Assembly (NCBI GenBank): GCA_964016885.1
Contig: OZ024754.1
Coordinates: 43,462,001 to 43,526,000 of the forward strand
Reading direction: 5' to 3'
Length of the DNA: 64,000 nt
From: Eledone cirrhosa
Taxonomy: Eukaryota
Under the pieces are notes generated by a model. The model was not told the DNA's origin, searched no databases, and saw nothing but the letters and a program-made list of their open reading frames with translations. This document shows positions 14,881 through 28,900 of this stretch, in pieces (positions within the stretch are counted from its first letter, which is position 1; the number at the start of each line of letters is the position of its first letter). Both the position numbers and the translations under genes were made by a program.

Positions 14881-15152
14881 TATATATATATGTATATATG
14901 TATTCTACGCCCTTTGTGTTTGTGTAGCCTCTGCGCACCCTCTGCACCATACTATCCACGCCACCCCATCTATGGTTCAGCTAACCACCCGACCCCCGGG
15001 AATGAATATGACCGCAGCTAGTAAACAAGGACCAACACCCCACCCTCCCGCACCAAAATTAGACTTATCGTCCCCTACTTTTGCTCTTTACTCTCTTTAC
15101 TCTTTGTTCTTGGGTGTTTGGTTGGTAGAGTCCATAACACCAATCAAACCCC

Positions 15153-15212
15153 TTTTATAGCTCTGATGAATCCTACGGTTACGTAAGGAAGAAACATTGT
15201 TAGCCAATAAAA
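15153..15212 (+). ncRNA. Type I hammerhead ribozyme motif (H6)
   Basis: UUUUAUaGCU-CUGAUGA-aUCCUAC gguuac GUaAGGAa-GAAA-C auu GUU-AGCcaAUAAAA: all three stems can form; GUU cleavage triplet. Confidence 0.65.
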
Positions 15213-15271
15213 ATCTTTTGATGTTGTAGACGCTCTTGTGTTCTTTTTCATATATATATATATATATATAT

Positions 15272-15287
15272 ATTAGTAGTAGACCTA

Positions 15288-15337
<50 letters not shown>

Positions 15338-15348
15338 TAGTAGACCTA

Positions 15349-15433
<85 letters not shown>

Positions 15434-15451
15434 TAGTAGTAGACCTACCAA

Positions 15452-15488
<37 letters not shown>

Positions 15489-15502
15489 TAGTAGTAGACC
15501 TA

Positions 15503-15579
<77 letters not shown>

Positions 15580-15597
15580 TAGTAGTAGACCTGCCAA
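15272..15597. repeat. Five copies of the 19-bp TTAGTAGTAGACCTACCAA separated by variable (TA)n
   Basis: Copies at ~15272, 15333, 15432, 15488 and 15579 (last has one substitution and runs into unique sequence). Confidence 0.9.
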
Positions 15598-15964
15598 ATC
15601 GAGATTCATAATAGAGTCTTCTGTGCATTTATTACACATAAAGATATTGTATATGATATCATATACGCCTCTATTATATATATGTAGAAGAGTGTCTGTA
15701 TATGAGTTTTGTGTATCTTTCACCGATGTATATCGCCCAACGATGTAGATATAGGCGAGATAACCGATAAACCGGTGTATTTAAACAAAAATCTATTGTG
15801 ATATATATTCCGCCCCCCCGATACCCACAAACACTTTCTTGTCAGTCTCACCATCAGAAATGCAGCGAAGCTTTGATTGGTCCTTTACTAATATATAACC
15901 TACCAAATCATTGTTCATAGTACACATACAAACACACATGTTTGTGTATAATATAGATATACAT

Positions 15965-16001
<37 letters not shown>

Positions 16002-16002
16002 C

Positions 16003-16197
16003 ATGTAATCTGAGTTTTTCGAATATTAATAATAACATTCGATTCGTTTGCAATTATGCAAACAAGCCTCAATTTTATAGCCATGTCAGTAGAATGAAGG
16101 GTTCATTCTACTGACATGGTTATAAAATTGAGGCTTGTTTGCATAATTGCAAACGAATCGTATGTTATTATTAATATTCGAAAAACTCAGATTACAT
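16003..16197. repeat. Near-perfect 195-bp palindrome (96-bp arms, 3-nt loop)
   Basis: ATGTAATCTGAGTTTTTCG...AGAATGAA-GGG-TTCATTCT...CGAAAAACTCAGATTACAT; only ~2 mismatches. Confidence 0.92.
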
Positions 16198-16259
16198 TTA
16201 TTGTATTCAATCATGTAGAGCGAAATGTTCTTATATATATATATGCCAAGAAGTCAGCG

Positions 16260-16400
16260 AGGAAAAACAACACTAGGGAACAGTTCAATATAATAATGAA
16301 ATATATTAGTTTAACGCTTGATATAGTAGTGAGATGGTTTGAAAGTTTTGGACCATAGACCGTCATCGGAAGAGAAAATAAAAGGAAGAAATAAGATTGA
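16260..16400 (-). mobile_element. Diverged HHR family H1 copy
   Basis: ATATTAGTTTAACGCTTGA...AAATAAGATTGA aligns to 13750-13850; ribozyme core decayed. Confidence 0.55.
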
Positions 16401-16485
16401 CGTGAGTAAGAAAAGGAAGACCATTTTTCATGAAGAAATGTGTGTATGTGTGTGTGTGTTTATAGACGTGTGTGTGTGTTTATGA

Positions 16486-16570
<85 letters not shown>

Positions 16571-16861
16571 TGAATGTGTTGAACGGGGTGATATAGACTA
16601 ACATTTCTTGTATAGAAATAATATTTATTACAGAGTTACTGTATTGACCCTAACGGTAGGCACGTAGCTTTCATCTATATATAAATCTCAGCAACTTCCT
16701 TCAGGAGTTAAAACCCATGGATGGATAGATGGCGAGTCATGTAAAAAACTAGGAAAATTCTTTCGGATTTTGGAGGTTTTTTAGATTTGGAAATTTCGGA
16801 TTCTTAAAATTTCGGATTAATAGAAAAAAATAATAAAATATAAAATAAAGGTTCAACTCAC

Positions 16862-17047
16862 TCCAGAAGTTACTAGATTCTGCTGCAACTGCTGCTGCTG
16901 CTGCAGCTGCTGTTGTTGGTGGCGGTGGTTCCATTAAAGCTGACATCTGTTCCATTATAGCCGAGACTTGTGCCGCATCGCCGGGACCGTCGCGCACGAA
17001 GAAAAATGGAAAGTTTCCGTGTGTCAATGGATTCCGCTCTCTGGACC
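16862..17047 (-). CDS. Internal coding exon (186 nt, phase 1-1) of an unidentified gene; peptide GSRERNPLTHGNFPFFFVRDGPGDAAQVSAIMEQMSALMEPPPPTTAAAAAAAVAAESSNFW
   Basis: Minus strand: polypyrimidine acceptor TCTTTCTCTCTATTCTAG|GG, donor TGGA|GTGAGT, length divisible by 3, one fully open frame, GC-rich island in AT-rich DNA. Confidence 0.75.
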
Positions 17048-17093
17048 CTAGAATAGAGAGAAAGACAACATTTCAGAAAATGAACATATATTG

Positions 17094-17682
17094 GCTAATT
17101 GCTGGCCTTGTGCCTAAAGTAGAAACAATTATATATTAAATTGAGCGGTGGATTGGCAGTATCAGTAGAGGGTCGGACGCCATGCTTTCCAGCATAGTTA
17201 CGTCCCTTTACGATCTGAGTTCAAATCCCGCCGAGGTTAACTTTGGCTTTCATTCTTACGGGGTCGATAAAATAAAGTACCAGTAATGCACTGGGTAATT
17301 GCTGGCCTTGTGCCTAAATTAGAAACAATTATGTTGATTGAATGTGGTTTGGCAGTATCGAGACAAAGTTTAGAAAAGATCATTAAACCACAGGACTTTA
17401 GTGTGGCTGAGAATGTTCGCTTATATCGTTTCAGTTGTACTTGTTTTTTGATTTTGTAAGATATTTTCTCTTTCAATTATTTTACAATAAAGAAGGGCGG
17501 TGGATTGGCAGTATCGGTAAAGGGTCTGACGTCATGCTTTGCAGCATAGAGTTATGGCCCTTTATGATCAGAGTTCAAATCCCGTCGAGGTTAACTTTGC
17601 CTTTTATCCTTACAATAAAATAAAGTACCAGTAATACACTGGAGTAATTGCTGGCCTTGTGCCAAAGTAGAAACAATTATAT
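17094..17682 (+). mobile_element. Cluster of SINE-A copies (tail 17094-17133; full 17143-17332; head ~17340-17360; full 17495-17682)
   Basis: GCGGTGGATTGGCAGTATC ... GTTCAAATCCCG ... GCTGGCCTTGTGCC ... AGAAACAATTAT repeated head-to-tail. Confidence 0.9.
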
Positions 17683-17889
17683 TGATTGAATATTAATTAC
17701 AACGAGGAAGAGTCATTTTAACCAATTAAAACATAGAAAACTCCATTTTATTTATGGTTTATTTCTGGGTGTCAAAACTTTACCTGCTCAATACTAAGAG
17801 TATTTCTGTAGTTTTAAATAATTAAAATGAATATTTAACGATGTATTTACTTTCTTTTCAGCACGTCTTTTCAGATCAACTCACCTTAT

Positions 17890-18220
17890 ATACAATACTA
17901 CACTACTATACACTATACAACACTACACTATACTTCTATACACTATACAACACTACACTACACCACTACACACTACACCACACTACACTATACCACTATA
18001 CACTACACCACACTATACTACTATACACTATACAACACTACACTACACCACTATACACTATACAACACTACACTATACAACACTATACACTATACAACAC
18101 TACACTACACCACTATACACTATACAACACTACACCACTATACACTATACAACACAACACTACACCACTATACACTATACAACACTACACTACACTACAC
18201 CACTATACACTACACCACAC
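17890..18220. repeat. (ACACT)n/CACTATA degenerate pentamer-based satellite
   Basis: Repeating CACTATA/CACTA/CAA units. Confidence 0.9.
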
Positions 18221-18696
18221 CTTCTATACAAGGAGAAATCCCAAATAAATTATATTTCAGTAAATATTGTCTTTTTATTTTCGTGTGATGAGAACTTTGG
18301 TAAGAGTACTCGTGTCTGTGCACTGTTCAACTTGTAATATAATACAGGACCTATTGTACGTGCAATTGAAAGGGTCATCTTTAACACATGCTGTGTCTTT
18401 CTGAATATCTCAGAATTTCCTTCGGGGTACACGTGTCAGTGAAATGCTCAAGCCACTTGTACTTGTATTTCACTTGCAGTTAGTTCAGATTTTTGAATGA
18501 CGGGAACAATCATCGTAGATGCGACGTAGACCCAACATACATACATACACTCATACATACACACACATACATACACACATACATACACATACACATACAC
18601 ACATACATACACACATACACATACACACACAGTCACATACAAATGCACACACATACACATAAGCACGTTCACATACAAATACACACACAAACACAG

Positions 18697-18738
<42 letters not shown>

Positions 18739-19014
18739 ACATACACACATGCACACATTCACATACAAATACACACACGTAAACACATTCACACGCACAT
18801 TCACGTACAATCAGACGCACACATATACTTATACACAGACACACACATACACACACATTCACGCATACACAGACACACAGACACACAGACACACACGCAT
18901 ACACAGACACACACACAATCACAATGGCACCCACACACCAGTGTCCAGAGATAGGCTTATGTTTCTCATTCTTATTCATTCCCTCATCCAGGCTTCTCTG
19001 TTTAGCGGGAGACA

Positions 19015-19108
<94 letters not shown>

Positions 19109-19201
19109 TCATATATATATATATATATATTCATATATATATATATGTAAGATATATATATGCATATACATATATATATTGTTATACTAATTCATCGCCG
19201 C

Positions 19202-19298
<97 letters not shown>

Positions 19299-19352
19299 GT
19301 ATATATATATATATACATATATATATGTATATATACATATATATATGTATAT

Positions 19353-19385
<33 letters not shown>

Positions 19386-19826
19386 TGTGTGTGTATGTGT
19401 ATTTATGTGTCTATTTATCTGTCTCTCTCTCTCTCTTTCTCTCTTTATATATATATATATGTGTGTACATATATGTATATATGTATATATGTATATATGT
19501 ATATGTGTGTACATATATGTTTATATGTATATATATATGTGTGTGTGTGTACATATATGTATATATGTATATATGTATATATGTGTGTGTGTACATATAT
19601 GTATATATGTATATATATGTATATGTGTGTGTGTGTACATATATGTATATATGTATATATGTATATGTGTGTGTGTGTGTGTGCGTTTGTTTGTTTGTTT
19701 CATTGTGATGTGGGCTTTGACAACCAGAGTATGTCATGTAATGACGTCACGGTCTTCAATCTCCAACCATGCCACTCACCACATACACATTCTAATAACG
19801 AATACATTTTAAAGGATTCATTCATG

Positions 19827-19868
<42 letters not shown>

Positions 19869-19918
19869 AACATATATATATAATATACATACATATATAT
19901 ATATATGTATATGTATAT

Positions 19919-19972
<54 letters not shown>

Positions 19973-19977
19973 GTTTG

Positions 19978-20009
<32 letters not shown>

Positions 20010-20097
20010 CAGACATATATATAATATACATACATACATATATATATATATGTATATGTATATATACACACATATATATATATGTATATATGTCTGT

Positions 20098-20130
<33 letters not shown>

Positions 20131-20229
20131 CAAACATATATAATATACATACATATATATATATGTATATATACACACACACATATATATATATATATAT
20201 ATGTATATATGTTTGTATATATGTATATG

Positions 20230-20318
<89 letters not shown>

Positions 20319-20323
20319 GTATG

Positions 20324-20428
<105 letters not shown>

Positions 20429-20685
20429 GTATGTATGTATAGTAGCATTAGTAGGTAGGTGTAATTGACTCCAGGTGAAGTGACCTTGTAGTTCGCCCCT
20501 GGAATCAATATATCGTGACATCTACCTCTTCTAATAGTAAGAAACACACAAAAGAAAAAAAAAAATGATGAAAAAAACTACAAAAAAAAAAAACTCAACC
20601 GTATTTTTTATAGCTTTTTTTTTTTTTATCTCATCACTAAATCATTCATTCAACCTCTCTCTCTCTCTCTCTCTCTCCCTCTTTC

Positions 20686-20730
<45 letters not shown>

Positions 20731-20784
20731 ATCTCTCTCTGTCTGCCTGTCTGTCTCTCTCCCTCTTTTTATCTCTCTCTCTTC

Positions 20785-20851
<67 letters not shown>

Positions 20852-20928
20852 AAGTGAGAGTGAGAGAGAAAAATGGAGAGAGAAGAGAGAGAGAAAGATA
20901 GATAGATAGATACATATATGCACATATA

Positions 20929-20984
<56 letters not shown>

Positions 20985-21199
20985 GGAAAAAATGAAATTT
21001 CATTTCTCACTCTTAGTACGGCTGATACTTAAATGTAAGTATGTATACGTACATACATATATGTATACAGACGTGCAGCAGTATGTATATACATACATAC
21101 ATGCACACATATATATATATGTACGTATGGGTTTACAGACATGGGTTTATATACATACTGCTGTACGTCTGTATACATATATGTATGTACATATACATA

Positions 21200-21258
<59 letters not shown>

Positions 21259-21262
<4 letters not shown>

Positions 21263-21715
21263 TGGCTGCCAACTCGTATTCGAGTACGGCCACTACTTTA
21301 TATCCATGTAGGAGAACCCCTACCGATGCGCTGAACGAGTGTGACTTTTTAGTCTAGCCAGCGACTTGAAAACTCTGGTACAAACACTACACTTGTGACA
21401 ATTACTGACACATGGTGCTGGGCCCATGGTACTATGTATTGACAAGTGCAGAGAGATCTCTAGATATAAAGCAATGCCTGTGCCGTGAAGCTTTTATAGT
21501 GAGCAAAGGCACTGCCCAAAGCCAGTCCCACTCTCTTAACCAAGAGGATATTTACCAAAAAGAAGAACAAGTCAACATCTCTCCCGGTGATTTTGGATGG
21601 CCATTGACTCTTAAGAGCTCCTTTGCCCTTTGACAGGTTTTGTTTTTAGTCCTGCAGGATGTCCAAAGTCACCAAGAAACATTGGTGTGGTTGCCAGTTT
21701 AGTCGCCAACGATCC
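21259..21715 (-). mobile_element. Non-autonomous RTE-like element, 5'-truncated and internally deleted copy
   Basis: Aligns to 34762-35310 with an 84-bp deletion at CATC microhomology and a 9-bp deletion at TCACC. Confidence 0.85.
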
Positions 21716-22380
21716 ATACATACATATACATACATATACATACATATACATACATGACGAAATATGGCGTCTTTCGTTTGCCTTTCGTCCGCCATTTACA
21801 AACTATCAGCCATGTATTTGTGTACAATATATAAGACTGTGTAATGGTTGTGAAACTACTTCTCATTAAAAAAGAATTTTTATTCCAAATAATCAATTAT
21901 TTGTAGATTAAGGATATCTAATGTTCAAAACGAAAATATTTAAAAACGTTTTTTTTGTGTGTGTGGATATTTTCTTTAAGAAACATACATTAAAAAAATA
22001 TCAAATACATCATTTGTGTGGTATTTGTCTCATTTTTTTCACATCTAGGGATTAATTTGGCTCTATGTATGTCATATGTTATATATGATAAATATATCTT
22101 GAATTTCATAGAGGATTTATCATTTTTTAACCTAAATCAGCGTGTGTGGCTCTGTGGGGTTGTTATTAAGAATAGTGATGGGGATAATTGAAATCAGGTT
22201 CAATTTGCAGGAGGTATCTTGAGATTGCTGGTAGCTAGAGGTCTTTGAAGTAATGATATGTCAAACCTTTTAAGGAAAAAGCAAAACAAACAAGGAATAA
22301 ATATATCCTCCGTAGATTATTTAAATCTAAAACTTCAGTCTTTTACTTCTAACATGTTACTGTTCCTGTACTGCAATGCA

Positions 22381-22590
22381 TTATACTATACTATACAATA
22401 CTATACTATACTACACAATACTACACTATACTATACTATGCAATACTATACTATACTATACTATACTATACTATACTATACTATACTATACTACACTATA
22501 CTATATTATACAATACTATATTACACTACATTATACAATACATTACATTATATTACACTATACTGTGTTACATTATATTACACTATACTG
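22381..22590. repeat. (TACTA)n pentamer microsatellite
   Basis: Repeating ATACT, degenerating 3'. Confidence 0.92.
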
Positions 22591-22605
22591 TGTTTGTAGT
22601 GTATG

Positions 22606-22781
22606 AAATTTGATATAGAAATGGCTTCTACAGGACTAAAACTGTTTCATTCGAAAGAAATCAACAGGGATTTCCTGGTGAATTCTTTCGAATGAAACAG
22701 TTTTCGTCCTGTAGAAGCCATTTCTATATCAAATTTTGTATATACTCTACTTACTGTGGTTACCCCCGATTGAACCCGGGA
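22606..22781. mobile_element. Fold-back palindrome plus tail, HHR family H2
   Basis: Arms 22606-22736 (ATAGAAATGGCTTCTACAGGAC/GTCCTGTAGAAGCCATTTCTAT), tail CTGTGGTTACCCCCGATTGAACCCGGGA. Confidence 0.8.
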
Positions 22782-22999
22782 CTCATATCATATGTGATAT
22801 ATATATATTGCTGTATACATATCACTTTCAACGCTTGACCGGCTCCACTCACTCCCCTATTGTTCTACAGGCAAGTTCAGCCACCCCTACCTCCCACCAA
22901 ATGCCATGATAGACTTATTTGTGTTTACAACAAATTTTAACCAATCCTCTTGACAACTACAATTTTCCCATATAAGGAAATACCCCCTTGACAAGTTCA

Positions 23000-23160
23000 C
23001 TAGGCTAAAAATTCTAATTTAGTCCAGAAATAGCCGTCGAAACGGCTAGAGCTCTGCCGTCGGGGTAATACTTTTTCCTATTTCCCACTCTACTATCCTA
23101 AGTATTGAGTACTCTGGTGCGTTATGGTCCATCTGGTTCCTTACCACACCTCCTTTGTTA
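23000..23160 (+). mobile_element. Family H10 element (non-palindromic copy)
   Basis: TTTAGTCCAGAAATAGCCGTCGAAACGGCT...CCCACTCTACTATCCTAAGTATTGAGTAC...CTTACCACACCTCCTTTGTTA matches 48785-48934. Confidence 0.8.
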
Positions 23161-23204
23161 TGTATATATATATATATATATAGACCAGATATATATATAT
23201 ATAT

Positions 23205-23300
23205 ATGAAGGGCTTATGCCCGAAACGTCGTCCCCCACCTACCCCCCACTCTCCTGAGCGTGAATTTAATAAACATTTATTGTACTGCCTCTCTGTTCTG
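23205..23300 (+). mobile_element. 5'-truncated HHR-bearing element in (TA)n
   Basis: TGA-a-GGGC ttat GCCC-GAAAC-GTC followed by AATAAA and a pyrimidine-rich tail; the 5' CUGA is lost at the TA junction. Confidence 0.55.
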
Positions 23301-23420
23301 TCCCTGTTCAATTTTTCATTATATATATATATATATATACATACACACACATATATATATATATATGTGTGTATATGTATATATATATATGTGTGTGTAT
23401 GTATATATATATATACATAC

Positions 23421-23748
<328 letters not shown>

Positions 23749-23962
23749 AGGCGTGTGGCTGAGTGGTTAGAGAATTGGATACGCAATCGTAAGGTTGTGA
23801 GTTCGATCCCTGGACCAGGCGATGCGTTATGTCCTTGAGCAAGACACTTTATTTCACGTTGCTCCTTCTACCTGGAGTTGCGACCGATAGATAGTATTAG
23901 CAATTGGAAAGACCAACGGAAACATTGTTCCCTCGGTCCGATTTGACGAAAGTCGATCGTTC
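23749..23962 (+). mobile_element. tRNA-derived CORE-type SINE
   Basis: A box TGGCTGAGTGG, B box GAGTTCGATCC, CORE-like TGTCCTTGAGCAAGACACTTTATTTCAC; second copy at 37748. Confidence 0.85.
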
Positions 23963-23963
23963 C

Positions 23964-24002
<39 letters not shown>

Positions 24003-24069
24003 CTATATATATATACATATATATATCCCCCAGCCAGTCCCTCGACAGCAGTGGTCTATCCATTCATTG

Positions 24070-27000
24070 TACCCACTACCCACTACCCACTACCCACTCT
24101 CCACTACCCACTACCCACTACCCACTATCCACTACCCACTCTCCACTATCCACTACCCACTATCCACTATCCACTACCCACTACCCACTACCCACTCTCC
24201 ACTACCCACTATCCACTACCCACTACCCACTACCCACTCTCCACTACCCACTACCCACTACCCACTCTCCACTACCCACTACCCACTACCCACTATCCAC
24301 TACCCACTATCCACTACCCACTCTCCACTACCCACTATCCACTACCCACTCTCCACTACCCACTACCCACTACCCACTCTCCACTACCCACTACCCACTA
24401 CCCACTATCCACTACCCACTCTCCACTATCCACTACCCACTACCCACTATACACTATCCACTACCCACTACCCACTACCCACTATCCACTACCCACTACC
24501 CACTACCCACTCTCCACTACCCACTATCCACTACCCACTCTCCACTACCCACTATCCACTACCCACTACCCACTACCCACTATCCACTATCCACTACCCA
24601 CTACCCACTATCCACTACCCACTATCCACTACCCACTATCCACTATCCACTACCCACTACCCACTATCCACTACCCACTATCCACTACCCACTCTCCACT
24701 ACCCACTATCCACTACCCACTATCCACTACCCACTATCCACTATCCACTACCCACTACCCACTATCCACTACCCACTATCCACTACCCACTATTCACTAC
24801 CCACTACCCACTACCCACTACCCACTATCCACTATCCACTACCCACTACCCACTATCCACTACCCACTATCCACTACCCACTCTCCACTACCCACTACCC
24901 ACTACCCACTACCCACTACCCACTACCCACTATCCACTACCCACTACCCACTACCCACTACCCACTATCCACTACCCACTCTCCACTACCCACTACCCAC
25001 TACCCACTATCCACTACCCAATATCCACTACCCACTCTCCACTACCCACTACCCACTACCCACTACCCACTACCCACTATCCACTACCCACTACCCACTA
25101 TCCACTACCCACTATCCACTACCCACTACCCACTACCCACTATCCACTACCCACTATCCACTACCCACTACCCACTATCCACTACCCACTATCCACTACC
25201 CACTATTCACTACCCACTACCCACTACCCACTACCCAATATCCACTACCCACTATCCACTATCCACTACCCACTATCCACTACCCACTACCCACTACCCA
25301 CTATCCACTACCCACTACCCACTACCCACTATCCACTACCCACTACCCACTACCCACTATCCACTACCCACTCTCCACTATCCACTACCCACTATCCACT
25401 ACCCACTACCCACTATCCACTACCCACTACCCACTATCCACTACCCACTACCCACTACCCACTACCCACTATCCACTACCCACTACCCACTACCCACTCT
25501 CCACTACCCACTACCCACTCTCCACTACCCACTACCCACTACCCACTATCCACTACCCACTACCCACTATCCACTACCCACTATCCACTACCCACTACCC
25601 ACTACCCACTCTCCACTACCCACTACCCACTATCCACTACCCACTACCCACTACCCACTACCCACTACCCACTACCCACTATCCACTACCCACTACCCAC
25701 TACCCACTACCCACTATCCACTACCCACTACCCACTATCCACTACCCACTATCCACTACCCACTACCCACTACCCACTATCCACTACCCACTATCCACTA
25801 CCCACTACCCACTACCCACTATCCACTACCCACTACCCACTATCCACTACCCACTACCCACTATCCACTACCCACTCTCCACTACCCACTACCCACTACC
25901 CACTACCCACTCTCCACTACCCACTACCCACTATCCACTACCCACTACCCACTACCCACTATACACTACCCACTACCCACTACCCACTATCCACTACCCA
26001 CTACCCACTACCCACTACCCACTCTCCACTACCCACTACCCACTATCCACTACCCACTATCCACTACCCACTACCCACTATCCACTACCCACTACCCACT
26101 ACCCACTACCCACTATCCACTACCCACTACCCACTACCCACTACCCACTATCCACTACCCACTATCCACTACCCACTACCCACTACCCACTACCCACTAT
26201 ACACTACCCACTACCCACTACCCACTATCCACTATCCACTACCCACTATCCACTACCCACTACCCACTACCCACTACCCACTACCCACTCTCCACTACCC
26301 ACTACCCACTACCCACTATCCACTATCCACTACCCACTATCCACTACCCACTATCCACTATCCACTACCCACTACCCACTACCCACTATCCACTATCCAC
26401 TACCCACTACCCACTACCCACTACCCACTACCCACTATCCACTACCCACTACCCACTACCCACTATCCACTACCCACTATCCACTATCCACTACCCACTA
26501 CCCACTATCCACTATCCACTACCCACTATCCACTACCCACTACCCACTACCCACTACCCACTACCCACTATCCACTACCCACTACCCACTACCCACTATC
26601 CACTATCCACTACCCACTATCCACTACCCACTACCCACTACCCACTACCCACTATCCACTACCCACTACCCACTACCCACTACCCACTATACACTACCCA
26701 CTACCCACTATCCACTACCCACTACCCACTACCCACTACCCACTATACACTACCCACTACCCACTATCCACTGCCCACTATCCACTACCCACTACCCACT
26801 ACCCACTGCCCACTACCCACTACCCACTACCCACTACCCACTATACACTACCCACTACCCACTATTCACTACCCACTATCCACTACCCACTATCCACTAC
26901 CCACTACCCACTATACACTACCCACTACCCACTACCCACTACCCACTATACACTATACACTACCCACTATCCACTACCCACTATCCACTACCCACTACCC

Positions 27001-28060
27001 ACTACCCACTACCCACTACCCACTACCCACTACCCACTACCCACTACCCACTATCCACTACCCACTATCCACTACCCACTACCCACTATCCACTAACCAC
27101 TACCCACTACCCACTACCCACTACCCACTACCCACTATCCACTATCCACTACCCACTACCCACTACCCACTACCCACTACCCACTATCCACTACCCACTA
27201 CCCACTACCCACTACCCACTACCCACTACCCACTATCCACTACCCACTATCCACTACCCACTACCCACTATCCACTACCCACTAACCACTACCCACTATC
27301 CACTACCCACTACCCACTACCCACTACCCACTACCCACTACCCACTATCCACTACCCACTACCCACTACCCACTACCCACTACCCACTACCCACTATCCA
27401 CTACCCACTATCCACTACCCACTACCCACTATCCACTATCCACTAACCACTACCCACTACCCACTACCCACTATCCACTACCCACTATCCACTATCCACT
27501 ACCCACTACCCACTACCCACTACCCACTACCCACTATCCACTACCCACTACCCACTACCCACTACCCACTACCCACTATCCACTACCCACTATCCACTAC
27601 CCACTACCCACTATCCACTACCCACTAACCACTACCCACTACCCACTACCCACTACCCACTACCCACTACCCACTATCCACTACCCACTACCCACTACCC
27701 ACTACCCACTACCCACTACCCACTACCCACTATCCACTACCCACTACCCACTACCCACTACCCACTACCCACTACCCACTATCCACTACCCACTACCCAC
27801 TACCCACTATCCACTACCCACTATCCACTACCCACTACCCACTATCCACTACCCACTAACCACTACCCACTACCCACTATCCACTACCCACTATCCACTA
27901 CCCACTACCCACTACCCACTACCCACTACCCACTACCCACTACCCACTACCCACTACCCACTACCCACTATCCACTACCCACTACCCACTACCCACTATC
28001 CACTACCCACTATCCACTACCCACTACCCACTATCCACTACCCACTAACCACTACCCACT
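24070..28060. repeat. 7-bp satellite (CCACTAC)n, ~570 units
   Basis: Continuous heptamer with variants CCACTAT, CCACTCT, ACACTAC and CCACTAA. Confidence 0.98.
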
Positions 28061-28137
28061 GCTTGGTCTGTCACTTTACCCTCTTTTATCATTCCTGTCA
28101 TTAAACTATCTATTACACCTTCCTCTCGCATACTTAT

Positions 28138-28518
28138 TATTGCTGTTGTTCTTGTTGTTCGTCTTGTTGTTGTTGTTGCTGTTGTTGTTGTTGTTGGTGG
28201 TGTTGATGCTGTTGTTGTTGGTGTTGTTGTTGATGATGCTGATGTTGTTGTTGTTGGTGGTGTTGCTGTTGTTGTTGTTGTTGGTGGTGTTGATGCTGTT
28301 GTTGTTGGTGTTGTTGCTGTTGTTGTTGGTGTTGATGTTGTTGTTGATGATGCTGATGTTGTTGTTGTTGGTGGTGTTGCTGTTGTTGTTGTTGGTGGTG
28401 TTGCTGTTGTTGTTGTTGTTGTTGTTGTTGATGCTGTTGTTGGTGTTGATGCTGTTGTTGCTGCTGTTGTTATTGTTGCTGTTGTTGTTGTTGTTGTTGT
28501 TCTTATTGTTGTTGTTGT
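28138..28518. repeat. (TTG)n degenerate microsatellite
   Basis: TTG/CTG/GTG/ATG runs. Confidence 0.95.
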
Positions 28519-28556
28519 ATGTTAGAAAACATTCCTACTTTTACCTTTATTTCATG

Positions 28557-28864
28557 AGTAGTAATAGTAGTAGTAGTGGTGGTAGTAGTAGTGGTGGTAG
28601 TAGTAGAGGTGGTGGTAGTAGTAGTGGTGGTAGTAGTAGTTGTGGTAGTAGTAGTTGTGGTGGTAGTGGTGGTGTTGGTGGCGGTGGTAGTAGTAGTGGT
28701 GGTAGTAGTAGTTGTGGTGGTAGTGGTGGTGGTAGTAGTAGTAGTTATTGTAGTAGTAGTAGTAGTAGTAATAGTAGTAGTAGTAGTATGAGCAGCAGTA
28801 ATAATAATAGTAGTAGTAGTAGTAGTAGTAGTAATAGTAGTAGTAGTAGTATGACTAGTAGTAA

Positions 28865-28900
<36 letters not shown>

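Noticed and set aside
15272-15597. CRISPR-like repeat-spacer layout
   Set aside because: Spacers are only (TA)n, there are no cas genes, and the context is eukaryotic
23749-23825. tRNA genes at SINE heads (also 37748, 8728, 17143)
   Set aside because: A/B boxes are present but there is no complete cloverleaf; they run into SINE bodies
23904-27628. 1000-1200 aa ORFs (HYPLPTT repeats) in all three plus frames
   Set aside because: Translation of a stop-free heptamer satellite; open in every frame, no splice or domain evidence
24070-28060. Interstitial telomere
   Set aside because: The unit is GGGTAGT, not the TTAGGG typical of molluscs
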